Source of the DNA: Polyangiaceae bacterium
Lineage (GTDB): Bacteria > Myxococcota_A > Polyangia > Polyangiales > Polyangiaceae
Direction: 5' to 3'
Assembly (NCBI GenBank): GCA_044222475.1
Contig: JBGANF010000097.1
Span: 1 to 31,191, forward strand
Length of the DNA stretch: 31,191 nt
This document shows, in pieces, positions 7,562 to 15,873 of this stretch. The position numbers and the translations under genes were made by a program. Within the stretch, counting starts at the first letter, position 1. Every line of letters begins with the position of its first letter. The notes beneath the pieces were generated by a model. It had not been told where the DNA came from and did not search any database. It saw nothing but the letters and a program-made list of their open reading frames with translations.

Positions 7562-8593
7562 ATGGAAATCTTTGGCTCTTTCAGCCCCGCGTGGAAGCGG
7601 ATGCAGGACATGCTGTTCCGCCCATTCAACCTCGGCGGGTGGTTCGCGCTGGGCTTCGTCTTCTTCCTCCAGGCCCTCGTCGAGGGCGGTTTGGGCAACC
7701 GATACAACTTCAACGGCGGCGGCTCGGGAGGGCGCACCGGCACCGGAGCCGGAGCTCCGCCGCCGAGCTTCGTCGACGTGCTCGAGCAGCTGCGCAAGCT
7801 CGTCCACGACAACGCGGGGTCTCTGACGATCCTCATCGTGACCGGCTCGTTGATCGGGCTCGTGACGGTGGTTCTGTTCAGCTGGCTCGGGACGCGCGGG
7901 CAGATGATGGCGATCCGCAACGTCGCTCGCGGCGAGGCGTCCGTGGGCGACGCATGGCGCGACACCGCCGAGCCAGCGTTCGCGCTGTTCAAGTTCCGTC
8001 TGATCCTCTCCGCGATCGGGCTCGTGATCACCGTCCCCCTCTTCGTCCTCGCCATCAGCCGCACCTACGAGCTCATCGACGGCGGCGTGCGCGAGACCGA
8101 AGCGCTCCTCATCGGGCTGATCCCGTTCGTCGTCGTGATCGGTGGAACCGGGCTCGTCCTCGGTGCGGTCGAGTCGATCGTTCGCAACTTCGTCGCGCCG
8201 CTCATGTGGCGCTTCGAGATCGGCGTGGGTGAGGGCTTCTCGCGGTTCCTCGAGCTCGCGAGCGGTCGCTGGCTCTCGGTGCTCGGGTTCCTCGTCGTGC
8301 GGTTCGTCGCGTCGATGATCGTCGGCTTGGTCGACACGGTCGTCGTGACGTGCACGTGCTGCATCGGCGCGTTGCCGGTCGTGCACCAGACGTTGTTCGC
8401 GCCGTGGCACGTGCTCGAGCGCGCGTGGTCGCTCTACTTCATCGAGTCGGCCGGCGTGGAGTGGACCATGGTCGACCCGATGGACGCGCCGCCTCCCGGC
8501 GCGGGCTTCCCGCCTCCGCCGGCGCCGCCGCCGGGTGGATGGGGAGCGTACGGACCGCCGCCGCCCGGTGGGCCGCGCTGGCCCGGTCAGTGA
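7562..8593 (+). CDS. Polytopic membrane protein with Pro/Gly-rich tail
   Basis: About 6 hydrophobic segments, a CTCC motif and a PPPPGG C-terminus. Confidence 0.85.
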   Translation: MEIFGSFSPAWKRMQDMLFRPFNLGGWFALGFVFFLQALVEGGLGNRYNFNGGGSGGRTGTGAGAPPPSFVDVLEQLRKLVHDNAGSLTILIVTGSLIGLVTVVLFSWLGTRGQMMAIRNVARGEASVGDAWRDTAEPAFALFKFRLILSAIGLVITVPLFVLAISRTYELIDGGVRETEALLIGLIPFVVVIGGTGLVLGAVESIVRNFVAPLMWRFEIGVGEGFSRFLELASGRWLSVLGFLVVRFVASMIVGLVDTVVVTCTCCIGALPVVHQTLFAPWHVLERAWSLYFIESAGVEWTMVDPMDAPPPGAGFPPPPAPPPGGWGAYGPPPPGGPRWPGQ

Positions 8594-8602
8594 CCGCGGA
8601 GC

Positions 8603-9529
8603 TCAGGTGATGGCGTCGAGCGTTTCGGCGAGCCCCCAGCGCACGCCGCGATCGGAGATCCGCATCGACTCTGCCCCGAGCGCGTCGAGCACTCCGAGCG
8701 CGACGTAGCCACCGGCGACGATGACGTCGGCGCGCTTGGGCTCGAGCCCGCGCACGTTCCGGCGTTCGGCCTGCGGCATCGCGGCGAGATCCCGGACGAC
8801 CTTCGCGACGAGGTCGCGGCTCATCGTGAAGCCGTGCACCTTGGCGCCGTCGTACGGTGAGAGGCCCATCGACACGGCGGCGAGCGTCGTCACCGTGCCG
8901 GCGATGCCGATCGGCGGACCCGAGCGCGCGAGCTTCGGCACCGCGGCGAGGACGTCGCTCACCGCGGTGCGCATGGCTTCGAGCTCGCTCGGCTCGGGCG
9001 GATCGCTCCGGACGTGTCGCTCGGTCAGACGGACGCTGCCGATGTCGAAGCTCTTCGACCATGCGGGGTCCCCGCCGCTCTCGCCGAGGCGCGCGGACAC
9101 GATCTCGGTGGAGCCTCCGCCGATGTCGAACACGACGACGTCTCCGGTCACGCCCTCCATGCCGCTGATGGCTCCTCGGAAGGTGAGCCGCGCCTCTTCG
9201 TCGCCCGAGATGGTGCGCGCCTCGACGCCGAGCACCTCGCGCACGTGGGCGCGCACGGCGTCCCCACCGCCGGCGTCACGCATCGCGCTCGTCCCCACGA
9301 CGGCCGTCCTCTCGACGCCGAGCTCGCGGCAGATCGCGCCGTAGCGCGTCAGACACTCGTTCGTGCGGCTGATCGCCTCGGGCTTGAGCGTGCGGGCGAC
9401 GTCGACGCCTTCGCCGAGACGGGTGATCGTCGCCTCTTCGCGGACTGCGACGAGCGAGCCTCGCGCGTCACGCTCGGCGACGAGGAGCAGGACCGTGTTG
9501 GTGCCGATGTCGATCGAGGCGACTCGCAT
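8603..9529 (-). CDS. ppx: Ppx/GppA family exopolyphosphatase
   Basis: IDIGTNT, TRLGEGV, GTSAMRDA, ISGDEEA, DIGGGSTE, IGSVRLTE, RADVIVAG, GVRWG. Confidence 0.95.
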   Translation of the reverse strand: MRVASIDIGTNTVLLLVAERDARGSLVAVREEATITRLGEGVDVARTLKPEAISRTNECLTRYGAICRELGVERTAVVGTSAMRDAGGGDAVRAHVREVLGVEARTISGDEEARLTFRGAISGMEGVTGDVVVFDIGGGSTEIVSARLGESGGDPAWSKSFDIGSVRLTERHVRSDPPEPSELEAMRTAVSDVLAAVPKLARSGPPIGIAGTVTTLAAVSMGLSPYDGAKVHGFTMSRDLVAKVVRDLAAMPQAERRNVRGLEPKRADVIVAGGYVALGVLDALGAESMRISDRGVRWGLAETLDAIT

Positions 9530-9544
9530 GCGGCGGAGGATACC

Positions 9545-9584
9545 AAAAGAAAACGGGCCGAACCGCCTCAGCGGTCCGGCCCGT
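9545..9584 (-). terminator. Intrinsic terminator after the OmpA/MotB-family gene
   Basis: acgggccg..accgc-ctca-gcggt..cggcccgt stem followed on the minus strand by TTTCTTTT. Confidence 0.75.
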
Positions 9585-9610
9585 CTCGCGTCGAGCGACG
9601 CGCGCTCGCC

Positions 9611-10462
9611 TCAGTGAATGTTCGAGAGGTTCAGCATCTCCTCGACGTTCGGCTGGAGGACCAGCTCGACGCGGCGGTTGCGCTGCTGCTCGTCGGCCGA
9701 CTGGGTCGCGACGCTGCCCGCCTGGGGATCGGTCTCGCCGAAGCCCGACGCCGACCAGTACTTCGTGTCGAGTCCGCCGCCGCCCTGCTTCTTCGGATCC
9801 TTCGACGTCTTGTCGCCGGTCGGAGTCGTGAGGAACAGGAGGACCTGGCGCGCGCGCGCGAGCGATAGACCCCAGTTGTCCTTGAACGGGCCACCGGCCG
9901 GGTACTTCGCGTTGTCGGTGTGGCCGGCGACCTGGAAGTTGCGGGTCATCAGCGTGGTGTCGGAGCGGATGACGTCGGCGACCTGGAGGAGGACGTCGCG
10001 GCCGCCGCCCTTCAGCTCGTCCTTGCCCGAGTCGAAGAGAACGTCGCCCGGGAGCTGGATGACCATGCGGTTGTTGCGCACGACCACCTTGAGACCGACT
10101 TGGTTGAGCTTGTCGAGGCGAGCCTTGAGGTCGCGGAAGCGCGCCTCGATCGCGGCGAGCTGGTCAGCGCGCTGCTTGTACTCGTTGACGGCCTTGGTGA
10201 GGCTGTCGACGTTGCTCTTCGTCGCCTCGAGGTCGATGCCCATCTTCTTGAGCTCGCCCTTCAGCTTCTCCTGTTGGGTCATCGAGTCGGCGTACTTCTT
10301 CTGATCGTCGGCGATCTGGGTCTTGGCCGTCTTCAGCTCCGCGTTGAGACGATCGATCTCACGCTGCTTTGCCTGCATCTCTTCTTCCGAATAGCCGCAG
10401 CCGATGCCAACGAGCATGAGCACGCTGACAAGGGCAACTACGAGCCTGAGCATTCTGGTCAC
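9611..10462 (-). CDS. OmpA/MotB-family peptidoglycan-binding lipoprotein with long coiled coil
   Basis: GGAGG then GTG at 10462; signal ending VGIGC; coiled coil; VLFDSG, VAGHTD, NWGLSLARA, GFGETDP, NRRVEL. Confidence 0.92.
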   Translation of the reverse strand: MTRMLRLVVALVSVLMLVGIGCGYSEEEMQAKQREIDRLNAELKTAKTQIADDQKKYADSMTQQEKLKGELKKMGIDLEATKSNVDSLTKAVNEYKQRADQLAAIEARFRDLKARLDKLNQVGLKVVVRNNRMVIQLPGDVLFDSGKDELKGGGRDVLLQVADVIRSDTTLMTRNFQVAGHTDNAKYPAGGPFKDNWGLSLARARQVLLFLTTPTGDKTSKDPKKQGGGGLDTKYWSASGFGETDPQAGSVATQSADEQQRNRRVELVLQPNVEEMLNLSNIH

Positions 10463-10544
10463 CGGAATACCTCCTCGAGGAAACTCACTGTGCCGGACCC
10501 TACAACGTGCAGGCCCTTCTGAGAACCCTGTTTCCCTGGGAAAT

Positions 10545-10646
10545 AAAAGACGAACGTGGAGTGTGGAACCGCAACGTGGAACGGGAACGTGCCGCCGCTT
10601 CCGTTCCACATTCCCATTCCTGTTCCACATTCCACGTTCGTCTTTT
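10545..10646. repeat. Long imperfect inverted repeat (about 100-nt hairpin) built from GTGGAA/TTCCAC units
   Basis: 25-nt outer arms aaaagacgaacgtggagtgtggaac / gttccacattccacgttcgtctttt with one mismatch; inner arms gtggaacgg / ccgttccac. Confidence 0.85.
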
Positions 10647-10709
10647 CTCACACGTTGCCCACAGGTTCTGCAGAGGAGTTAGTGTGAGATTCACAAGATC
10701 CCCCCCAGA

Positions 10710-10769
10710 AAAAAAATCAAGGTGCTGATGATTTTTTTGTTTGACTACGAACGTAGGTGACCATATAGG
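10710..10769 (+). promoter_or_regulatory. Putative sigmaA promoter TTGACT-N17-TATAGG with upstream A/T-tract inverted repeat
   Basis: -35 at 10741, -10 at 10764; aaaaaaatca-N9-tgattttttt at 10710-10738. Confidence 0.55.
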
Positions 10770-10800
10770 TCATGTAGATCACCTCACCAGGAGGCTACAC

Positions 10801-11106
10801 ATGGCTGCTAAGAAGACTGCGAAGAAGAAGACGACGAAGAAGGCTGCTGGCAAGACCGCGAAGAAGAAGGCCAAGCGCTCTTCTGCTAAGAAGGCCGCCA
10901 AAAAGGGTGGCGCTAGAAAGGCTGCCAAAAAACCGGCCAAAAAGTCCGCCCCCAAGGCGGCTAAGGCCGGTTCTGGTCGATCCTCCGCGAAGCGTTCTTC
11001 CGGTGGATCCAAGCCGGCCGTAAAGGCCGCACCCCCCGCCGGGGTCCCGTCCATGCTGGGCGGCGCCCCCACGTCGAGCCACGGGCTCGACGACGGCGAG
11101 GAGTGA
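10801..11106 (+). CDS. Histone H1-like Lys/Ala-rich basic protein (101 aa)
   Basis: AGGAGG RBS; MAAKKTAKKKTTKKAAGKTAKKK... with short acidic end DDGEE; followed by a terminator. Confidence 0.9.
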   Translation: MAAKKTAKKKTTKKAAGKTAKKKAKRSSAKKAAKKGGARKAAKKPAKKSAPKAAKAGSGRSSAKRSSGGSKPAVKAAPPAGVPSMLGGAPTSSHGLDDGEE

Positions 11107-11145
11107 CCAGGTCTGACGCAGGCAGCCCTAACGCAATGCGTCAGG

Positions 11146-11190
11146 CGAAGGCCACCCCCCTTAGGAGGGGGTGGCCTTCGATATTTTGTT
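11146..11190 (+). terminator. Intrinsic terminator
   Basis: 14-bp stem cgaaggccaccccc / gggggtggccttcg followed by atattttgtt; a second hairpin ctgacgca / tgcgtcag lies at 11113-11144. Confidence 0.8.
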
Positions 11191-11260
11191 GACTGAGATT
11201 TGAAGCTCGACTCGGCCACTGGGTCGCCGCGTGTGTACGCCGCAGGCGATGTTTACAGTG

Positions 11261-12898
11261 TCAGCTCGCGCCGAGGTACAGCTTGAGCGCCTCGGCCGCG
11301 GCTCGCTTGTCGAACGGGACGCCAGCGAGCTCGTCGCGCTTGCCGATTTGCTCCAGCAGCGTCGCGAGAAACACGTGGAATTGCTCGCACTCGGCGATCG
11401 CGCGCTGCAGGCGCGACGGGTCGAGGAGGTCCGTCTCCTCGAGCGCCCACATCGCCGCGACGAACGCGTCGACGCGGGGGTAGTCCGCGGTGCGCAGCAG
11501 CGGGTAACCCATGGCGCGGAAGTACGCGAGGAACTCGCGGACGAACTGGAGCGGCGGGATCCCCTGCCAGCGCACCTCGCCGGCGTGAGCGTTGCGCGCC
11601 TTGTGGGCGAACGCTCGCACGATCTGGGCGAACATCCACACGTCGCGGCGGAGACGCTCGCTGAGCATGCGCCGCGCGGCGGCGTCGTCGAAGACGCCCT
11701 GCTCTTCGAGCTTCGAGCCGAGTGACTTGCCGAGGAACAGCACCGCGTTCTGGAGCGCCGGCTTCAGGTTCTTCACCGTGCGCGACACGGCGGTGCGCAG
11801 CTGGTCGCCGGTGGGCGCGCTCTCGGGAGCAGGGAAATCGTGCTCGAACGCGCGGCGCATCTCGAGCCGGACGTTCGCGCCAACGCCCTCGAACGCGGCG
11901 CGCAAGGCCACGAGGCGATGACCTTCGCTCAGGAGCGACTCGTACTTCGTGCTCATCTCGCTCGCGGGGATCGCGAACACGTCGCGCTCGTAGACGTCCG
12001 CGAGGAGCGGCCCGGCGCTGTGGCGCAGGTGGCTCGTCAGAGCGCGCGCGTCCGAGCGAAGAACGCTCATCACCACGTACACGACACCGGCAGCGCGCCG
12101 CTGGCCTTCGCTCGGATCGAACGCGGCCGACTCGGCGAGGCTCAGGTAGCGCAGCATGCGAAACAGCGACAGAAACGTGAGCGCGACGAGCCGCCGCGCG
12201 GCTTCGCCCGGGGCGGAGCGCGTGAGCTCGAGGATGCGCGTGTTGTGGATGCGGTCGAACTCGGGGCGGAACTCGAGCGCGCTCAGCGGGTTGAAGAAGG
12301 CGCTCTGCGCGATCTCGCGCTGCGCGCTCCCGAGCAGGCCGTAGAACAGCCGAAACGGGACACGCTGGAGGCGCGACAGGCCTCCCGCGACCTCGACGAG
12401 GTTCGTGATCCCGTGCCGCAGGTACGACAGCGATTGCTCCGGCCCGTCCTGCGCCGATGCCGCGTCCATCAGCCGCGACCGCGCGCGATCGTCGGGGAGG
12501 ACGGTCTCGAGGTAGCGCTGGAAGACGAACGAGCGATCCTTCTCGAAGAGGAGGGTGCGGCAGAGCGAGCTGATGCGCGCCATGCACTCGCGCGTCATCG
12601 ATACGGCTTCACGGAAGTCCTGCGCGACGACCGGCAGCCGCCGCGGCGGGCCCGGGTGGTTGCGCGGGTTCACGAAGCACACGAGGCCCTTGAGCAGGAT
12701 CTCGAGCTCGAAGAGGAGGTCTTCCTTTCGCTCGGCGGTGAGCTGCGCGACCCAGTGATCGCGTGCGTGCGCCTGCTCGCGCCGCAACCCTCGCATGTCG
12801 CGGAGGAGCTCGGCGTAGGCGTCGCGCTCCACGCCCGGATGCACCGACGCGGCGCCGGCGGGCAGGGATCGAGGCGGTGCGAGCGAGGGCGGTGCCAT
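11261..12898 (-). CDS. Large alpha-helical hypothetical protein (about 545 aa)
   Basis: Protein-like composition and high GC3; ATG at 12898, 34 nt downstream of the TrmB stop; no family recognised. Confidence 0.85.
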   Translation of the reverse strand: MAPPSLAPPRSLPAGAASVHPGVERDAYAELLRDMRGLRREQAHARDHWVAQLTAERKEDLLFELEILLKGLVCFVNPRNHPGPPRRLPVVAQDFREAVSMTRECMARISSLCRTLLFEKDRSFVFQRYLETVLPDDRARSRLMDAASAQDGPEQSLSYLRHGITNLVEVAGGLSRLQRVPFRLFYGLLGSAQREIAQSAFFNPLSALEFRPEFDRIHNTRILELTRSAPGEAARRLVALTFLSLFRMLRYLSLAESAAFDPSEGQRRAAGVVYVVMSVLRSDARALTSHLRHSAGPLLADVYERDVFAIPASEMSTKYESLLSEGHRLVALRAAFEGVGANVRLEMRRAFEHDFPAPESAPTGDQLRTAVSRTVKNLKPALQNAVLFLGKSLGSKLEEQGVFDDAAARRMLSERLRRDVWMFAQIVRAFAHKARNAHAGEVRWQGIPPLQFVREFLAYFRAMGYPLLRTADYPRVDAFVAAMWALEETDLLDPSRLQRAIAECEQFHVFLATLLEQIGKRDELAGVPFDKRAAAEALKLYLGAS

Positions 12899-12932
12899 CG
12901 TTTTGTGAGCAGACCGTTGCGGGCACCCGAGC

Positions 12933-13763
12933 TTAGCGCCGCTTGGGTTTTTCGCCCAGCAGGCTGTCGAGCCGACCCACGCGATCACCGAGGAGTCGTG
13001 CGAGCGCGTCGTTCGCTCCGCGACCTTTCGCTCCGCTCGACTTGCGCTGGCTGAGCAGCGTCACGTCGAGGGCGATCTGGCTCGTCGCGATCTCGGCGAT
13101 GGCCGCGGTGCCGCTGAGGACGGCGTCGTCCGTCGGCTTCTGCTCGGTGGCTCCGATGAGCGTCATCCGATCGTCGGCGACGATCGTGAGTCGATGCTTC
13201 CAGAACGCCTCGAGCTCTGCCTCCGGGAGCTCGTACGAGAAGACCTCGGCACCCGGGATCTTGGGCAGCGCGCAGTGCGAGAAGATCAACACGAGCTCGA
13301 TCTGCTTTGCCGCGCGCTTCAGCTCGCCTTCGAGCGCGGCGATCTCGCGGGCCCAGCCGCTGATCGCGAGGCGCTCCTTCGCGCCGTGGACGAGGCGTAG
13401 AGCCTCCTCCATGATGCGATCGTACCCGCGCACGGTGAACGCATCGGCCACCGACGGAGGCGCCTGCAGCGCGCGGGCCGCGCCTTCGAAGCGCTCCGCC
13501 GACGCAGCGAAGCGTCGCTGAAGCATGCCCACGAGATCGGCGGAGGGCGCTGCGACGAAACGCTCAGGGCTCCCGGCGATGCTGCGCGCGGCGCCCGCCT
13601 TCACGAGGCGACGAAGCACGCCGTACACCGCCGAGCGCGGAATCTGAGCGCGCACGCCGACCTCGTAACCGGTCGCGGGGCTCTCTGCGAGCAGCGCTGC
13701 GTATGCACGAGACTCGTTGAGGCTGAACCCCAACGCTTCGAGCGAGGATACGATGTCGGACAT
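12933..13763 (-). CDS. TrmB family transcriptional regulator
   Basis: LGFSLNESRAYAALL...TGYEV...IPRSAVYGVLRRL winged HTH, followed by an effector-binding domain. Confidence 0.9.
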   Translation of the reverse strand: MSDIVSSLEALGFSLNESRAYAALLAESPATGYEVGVRAQIPRSAVYGVLRRLVKAGAARSIAGSPERFVAAPSADLVGMLQRRFAASAERFEGAARALQAPPSVADAFTVRGYDRIMEEALRLVHGAKERLAISGWAREIAALEGELKRAAKQIELVLIFSHCALPKIPGAEVFSYELPEAELEAFWKHRLTIVADDRMTLIGATEQKPTDDAVLSGTAAIAEIATSQIALDVTLLSQRKSSGAKGRGANDALARLLGDRVGRLDSLLGEKPKRR

Positions 13764-13813
13764 GCGCCGATACTCGCACGGGAAGGGCGCCGCAAAAAGG
13801 TTTCCACCTGAAC

Positions 13814-13839
13814 GAAACCGCCGTTAGGCTGTGCGCGTA
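13814..13839 (+). promoter_or_regulatory. Possible ECF-sigma promoter GAAAC-N17-CGTA
   Basis: AAC/CGT pattern about 75 nt upstream of the precursor gene; the motif is short, so support is weak. Confidence 0.35.
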
Positions 13840-13912
13840 GTTGGGGATGGCGTGGGTCTTCCACGCTGAACCGGGCGCGAACGAGCGTCGGACGATTAGG
13901 GAGATGGAAACG

Positions 13913-14146
13913 ATGAACATTGGAAAGACTCTCGCGGTGGTGGCGGCTGGTGGCATGCTCGCCGGGCTGGTGGCATGTGGTGGCGACAAGCCGGCGGCGA
14001 ACTCGCCCGATCCGGCGGCCAGCGGGACGCCGGCACCGGCGAAGTCCTCGTGCAACGCCAAGGGCTCCTGCAACGGCGCCGGCGGCGGTACGAAGAGCAG
14101 CTGCAACGGGGCCGGCGGCGGCGGCACGACCCCCCCGGCCAAGTGA
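13913..14146 (+). CDS. Putative RiPP precursor: 77-aa lipoprotein with three K[SG]SCN repeats
   Basis: MNIGKTLAVVAAGGMLAGLVAC-GGDKPAANSPDPAASGTPAPA-KSSCNA-KGSCNG-AGGGT-KSSCNG-AGGGGTTPPAK; directly upstream of DUF692; alternative ATG at 13904. Confidence 0.85.
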   Translation: MNIGKTLAVVAAGGMLAGLVACGGDKPAANSPDPAASGTPAPAKSSCNAKGSCNGAGGGTKSSCNGAGGGGTTPPAK

Positions 14147-14157
14147 ACCACCCGCGA

Positions 14158-14199
14158 ACGGGCGCCGGCCTCTTCGAGGTCGGCGCTCGTCGCATTTTG
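14158..14199 (+). terminator. Stem-loop between precursor and MNIO genes
   Basis: acgggcgccggcctc-ttc-gaggtcggcgctcgt (15 bp including G-U pairs) followed by cgcattttg. Confidence 0.7.
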
Positions 14200-14237
14200 T
14201 AGGCGTCTGACTCCCACTGCGCATTGACTCGATCGCG

Positions 14238-15098
14238 ATGACGTTCCGCGCGCGCCACCGGATCCCCGACCTCGGCATCGGCGTGGGATTCCGACCGAAG
14301 CATCAGGACGACGTGCTGGAGCGCGGGGGCTCGGAGCACGTGCGCTGGTACGAGGTCATCAGCGAGAACTTCATGGTCCCGGGTGGGCGACCCATCCACA
14401 ACCTTGAGCGCTTGCGAGCGCTGGCGCCGGTGGTGAACCACGGCGTGTCGCTCGGGATCGGCGCCAGCGTCGATCTCGATCGCGAGTACCTCCGACGGTT
14501 GAAGGGCGTGATCGCGCGCCTCGACCCGCCGTACTTCACCGACCACCTCTGCTTCAGCCGCGCCGCCGGTCGCGATCTGCACGATCTCCTACCTCTGCCC
14601 TACACGAAAGAAGCGATCGCCCACGTCGTCGAGCGCATCCGCCGCGTCCAGGGCGAGATGGAACGGCCGTTCGCGATCGAGAACGTGTCGAGCTACCTCT
14701 CCTACGCGAGCAGCACGATGACGGAGTGGCAGTTCCTGTCCGAGGTCGCCGAGCAGGCCGACTGCGGGATCCTCTTCGACGTGAACAACGTCTACGTGAG
14801 CTCGCAGAACCACCGCTTCGACGGGAAGACCTACGTCGACGCGATCCCGGCCGACCGCGTCGTGCAGATTCACCTCGCCGGCCACACCGACAAAGGCACG
14901 TACATCCTCGACACCCACTCGGATCACGTCATCCCGGCGGTGTGGGAGCTCTACTCCCGCGCGATCGCGCGCACCGGCCCGGTCGCGACCCTCATCGAGT
15001 GGGACGACGACATCCCCGAGTGGGACGTGCTCGCGAACGAAGCGAAGCTCGCCGGCGAGCATCGCGCCGCCGCCCTCGCGACGAAGGGGGCGCGATGA
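14238..15098 (+). CDS. DUF692 family multinuclear non-heme iron oxidative enzyme (MNIO)
   Basis: GVGFR, EVISENF, HGVSLGIG, TDHLCF, HDLLPLP, IENVSSY, FDVNNVYV, QIHLAGH, LDTH, LIEWD. Confidence 0.96.
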   Translation: MTFRARHRIPDLGIGVGFRPKHQDDVLERGGSEHVRWYEVISENFMVPGGRPIHNLERLRALAPVVNHGVSLGIGASVDLDREYLRRLKGVIARLDPPYFTDHLCFSRAAGRDLHDLLPLPYTKEAIAHVVERIRRVQGEMERPFAIENVSSYLSYASSTMTEWQFLSEVAEQADCGILFDVNNVYVSSQNHRFDGKTYVDAIPADRVVQIHLAGHTDKGTYILDTHSDHVIPAVWELYSRAIARTGPVATLIEWDDDIPEWDVLANEAKLAGEHRAAALATKGAR

Positions 15099-15871
15099 AG
15101 CTCGCCGACGTGCAGCGCGCGTTCGGCGAGGCGATCGCTTCGTCCGAACCGGTCGCCGAGGGAGCGGCCCACTTCGTCGCGCCGGGCGCGCGCGATCCGA
15201 AGACGCAGCTCGAGACGTACCGAGAGCAGTTCTGGCTTCGGCACTTCGGCTGCATGGCCGAGGATTTCCCGGCGCTCCAAGCGGTGGTCGGCGAAGAGCG
15301 GTTCGCGGAGCTGTGCCGCGGATATTTCGCGGCGTACCCGCCGTCGAGCTTTCTGCTCCGTGATCTCGGTACGTCGTTCGCGCGCTACCTCGACGAGACC
15401 AACCAGGAGCGCTTCGTGCGTGACCTCGCGCGGGTCGAGTGGGCCTTCGTCGAGGCGTTCGACGCCGCCGATGCGCCGCCGCTCGATCCGGAGTCGATCG
15501 CGAGCATCGCCGAAGACGAGTGGCCGCGCGCGGTCCTCACGCTGCACCCGTCTCTGCAGATCCTCGATCTCGCGTACCCGGCAGAAGACGTCCGCGCTGC
15601 GTTCCGGCTCCGCGGAGAGGTGCTCCGTCCCGAGGCGAAGGCATCACCGATGGTCGTCTACCGGCGTGATCTACTCCTGTACGTCGAGCCGCTCGACCCT
15701 CCGGCCTACGAGCTCCTCGTTCGCCTTCAGCGCGGGGAGTCGCTCGGAGCGGCGAGCGAAGCGGTCGCCGCCACGAACGGCTCGATCGAAGACCAGCTGG
15801 GCGGCTGGTTCAGCCGCTGGACCGCGCTCGGGTTCGTGTCGCGCGTGACGGTGGGGGTGGTATCTTCGTAA
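15095..15871 (+). CDS. DUF2063-type MNIO partner protein (HvfC/BufC-like)
   Basis: ATGA overlap with the MNIO gene; LETYREQF, DFPALQAVVGEERF, Y..AYPP.S..L...G..F..YL, DLARVEWA...AFDAAD, LHPSL. Confidence 0.92.
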   Translation: MKLADVQRAFGEAIASSEPVAEGAAHFVAPGARDPKTQLETYREQFWLRHFGCMAEDFPALQAVVGEERFAELCRGYFAAYPPSSFLLRDLGTSFARYLDETNQERFVRDLARVEWAFVEAFDAADAPPLDPESIASIAEDEWPRAVLTLHPSLQILDLAYPAEDVRAAFRLRGEVLRPEAKASPMVVYRRDLLLYVEPLDPPAYELLVRLQRGESLGAASEAVAATNGSIEDQLGGWFSRWTALGFVSRVTVGVVSS

Positions 15872-15873
15872 GC

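Noticed and set aside
9611..10462. Flagellar stator motB
   Set aside because: Lipoprotein-type signal, no MotB TM Asp motif and no adjacent motA.
10545..10646. Repeats and hairpins as a CRISPR array or retron msr/msd (also 25680-25886, 27441-27587)
   Set aside because: The repeats are inverted, with no regular unique spacers, and no cas or reverse transcriptase gene is present.
10683..10695. TGTGA...TCACA as a CRP site
   Set aside because: The spacer is 3 nt rather than 6; kept only as an unassigned palindrome.
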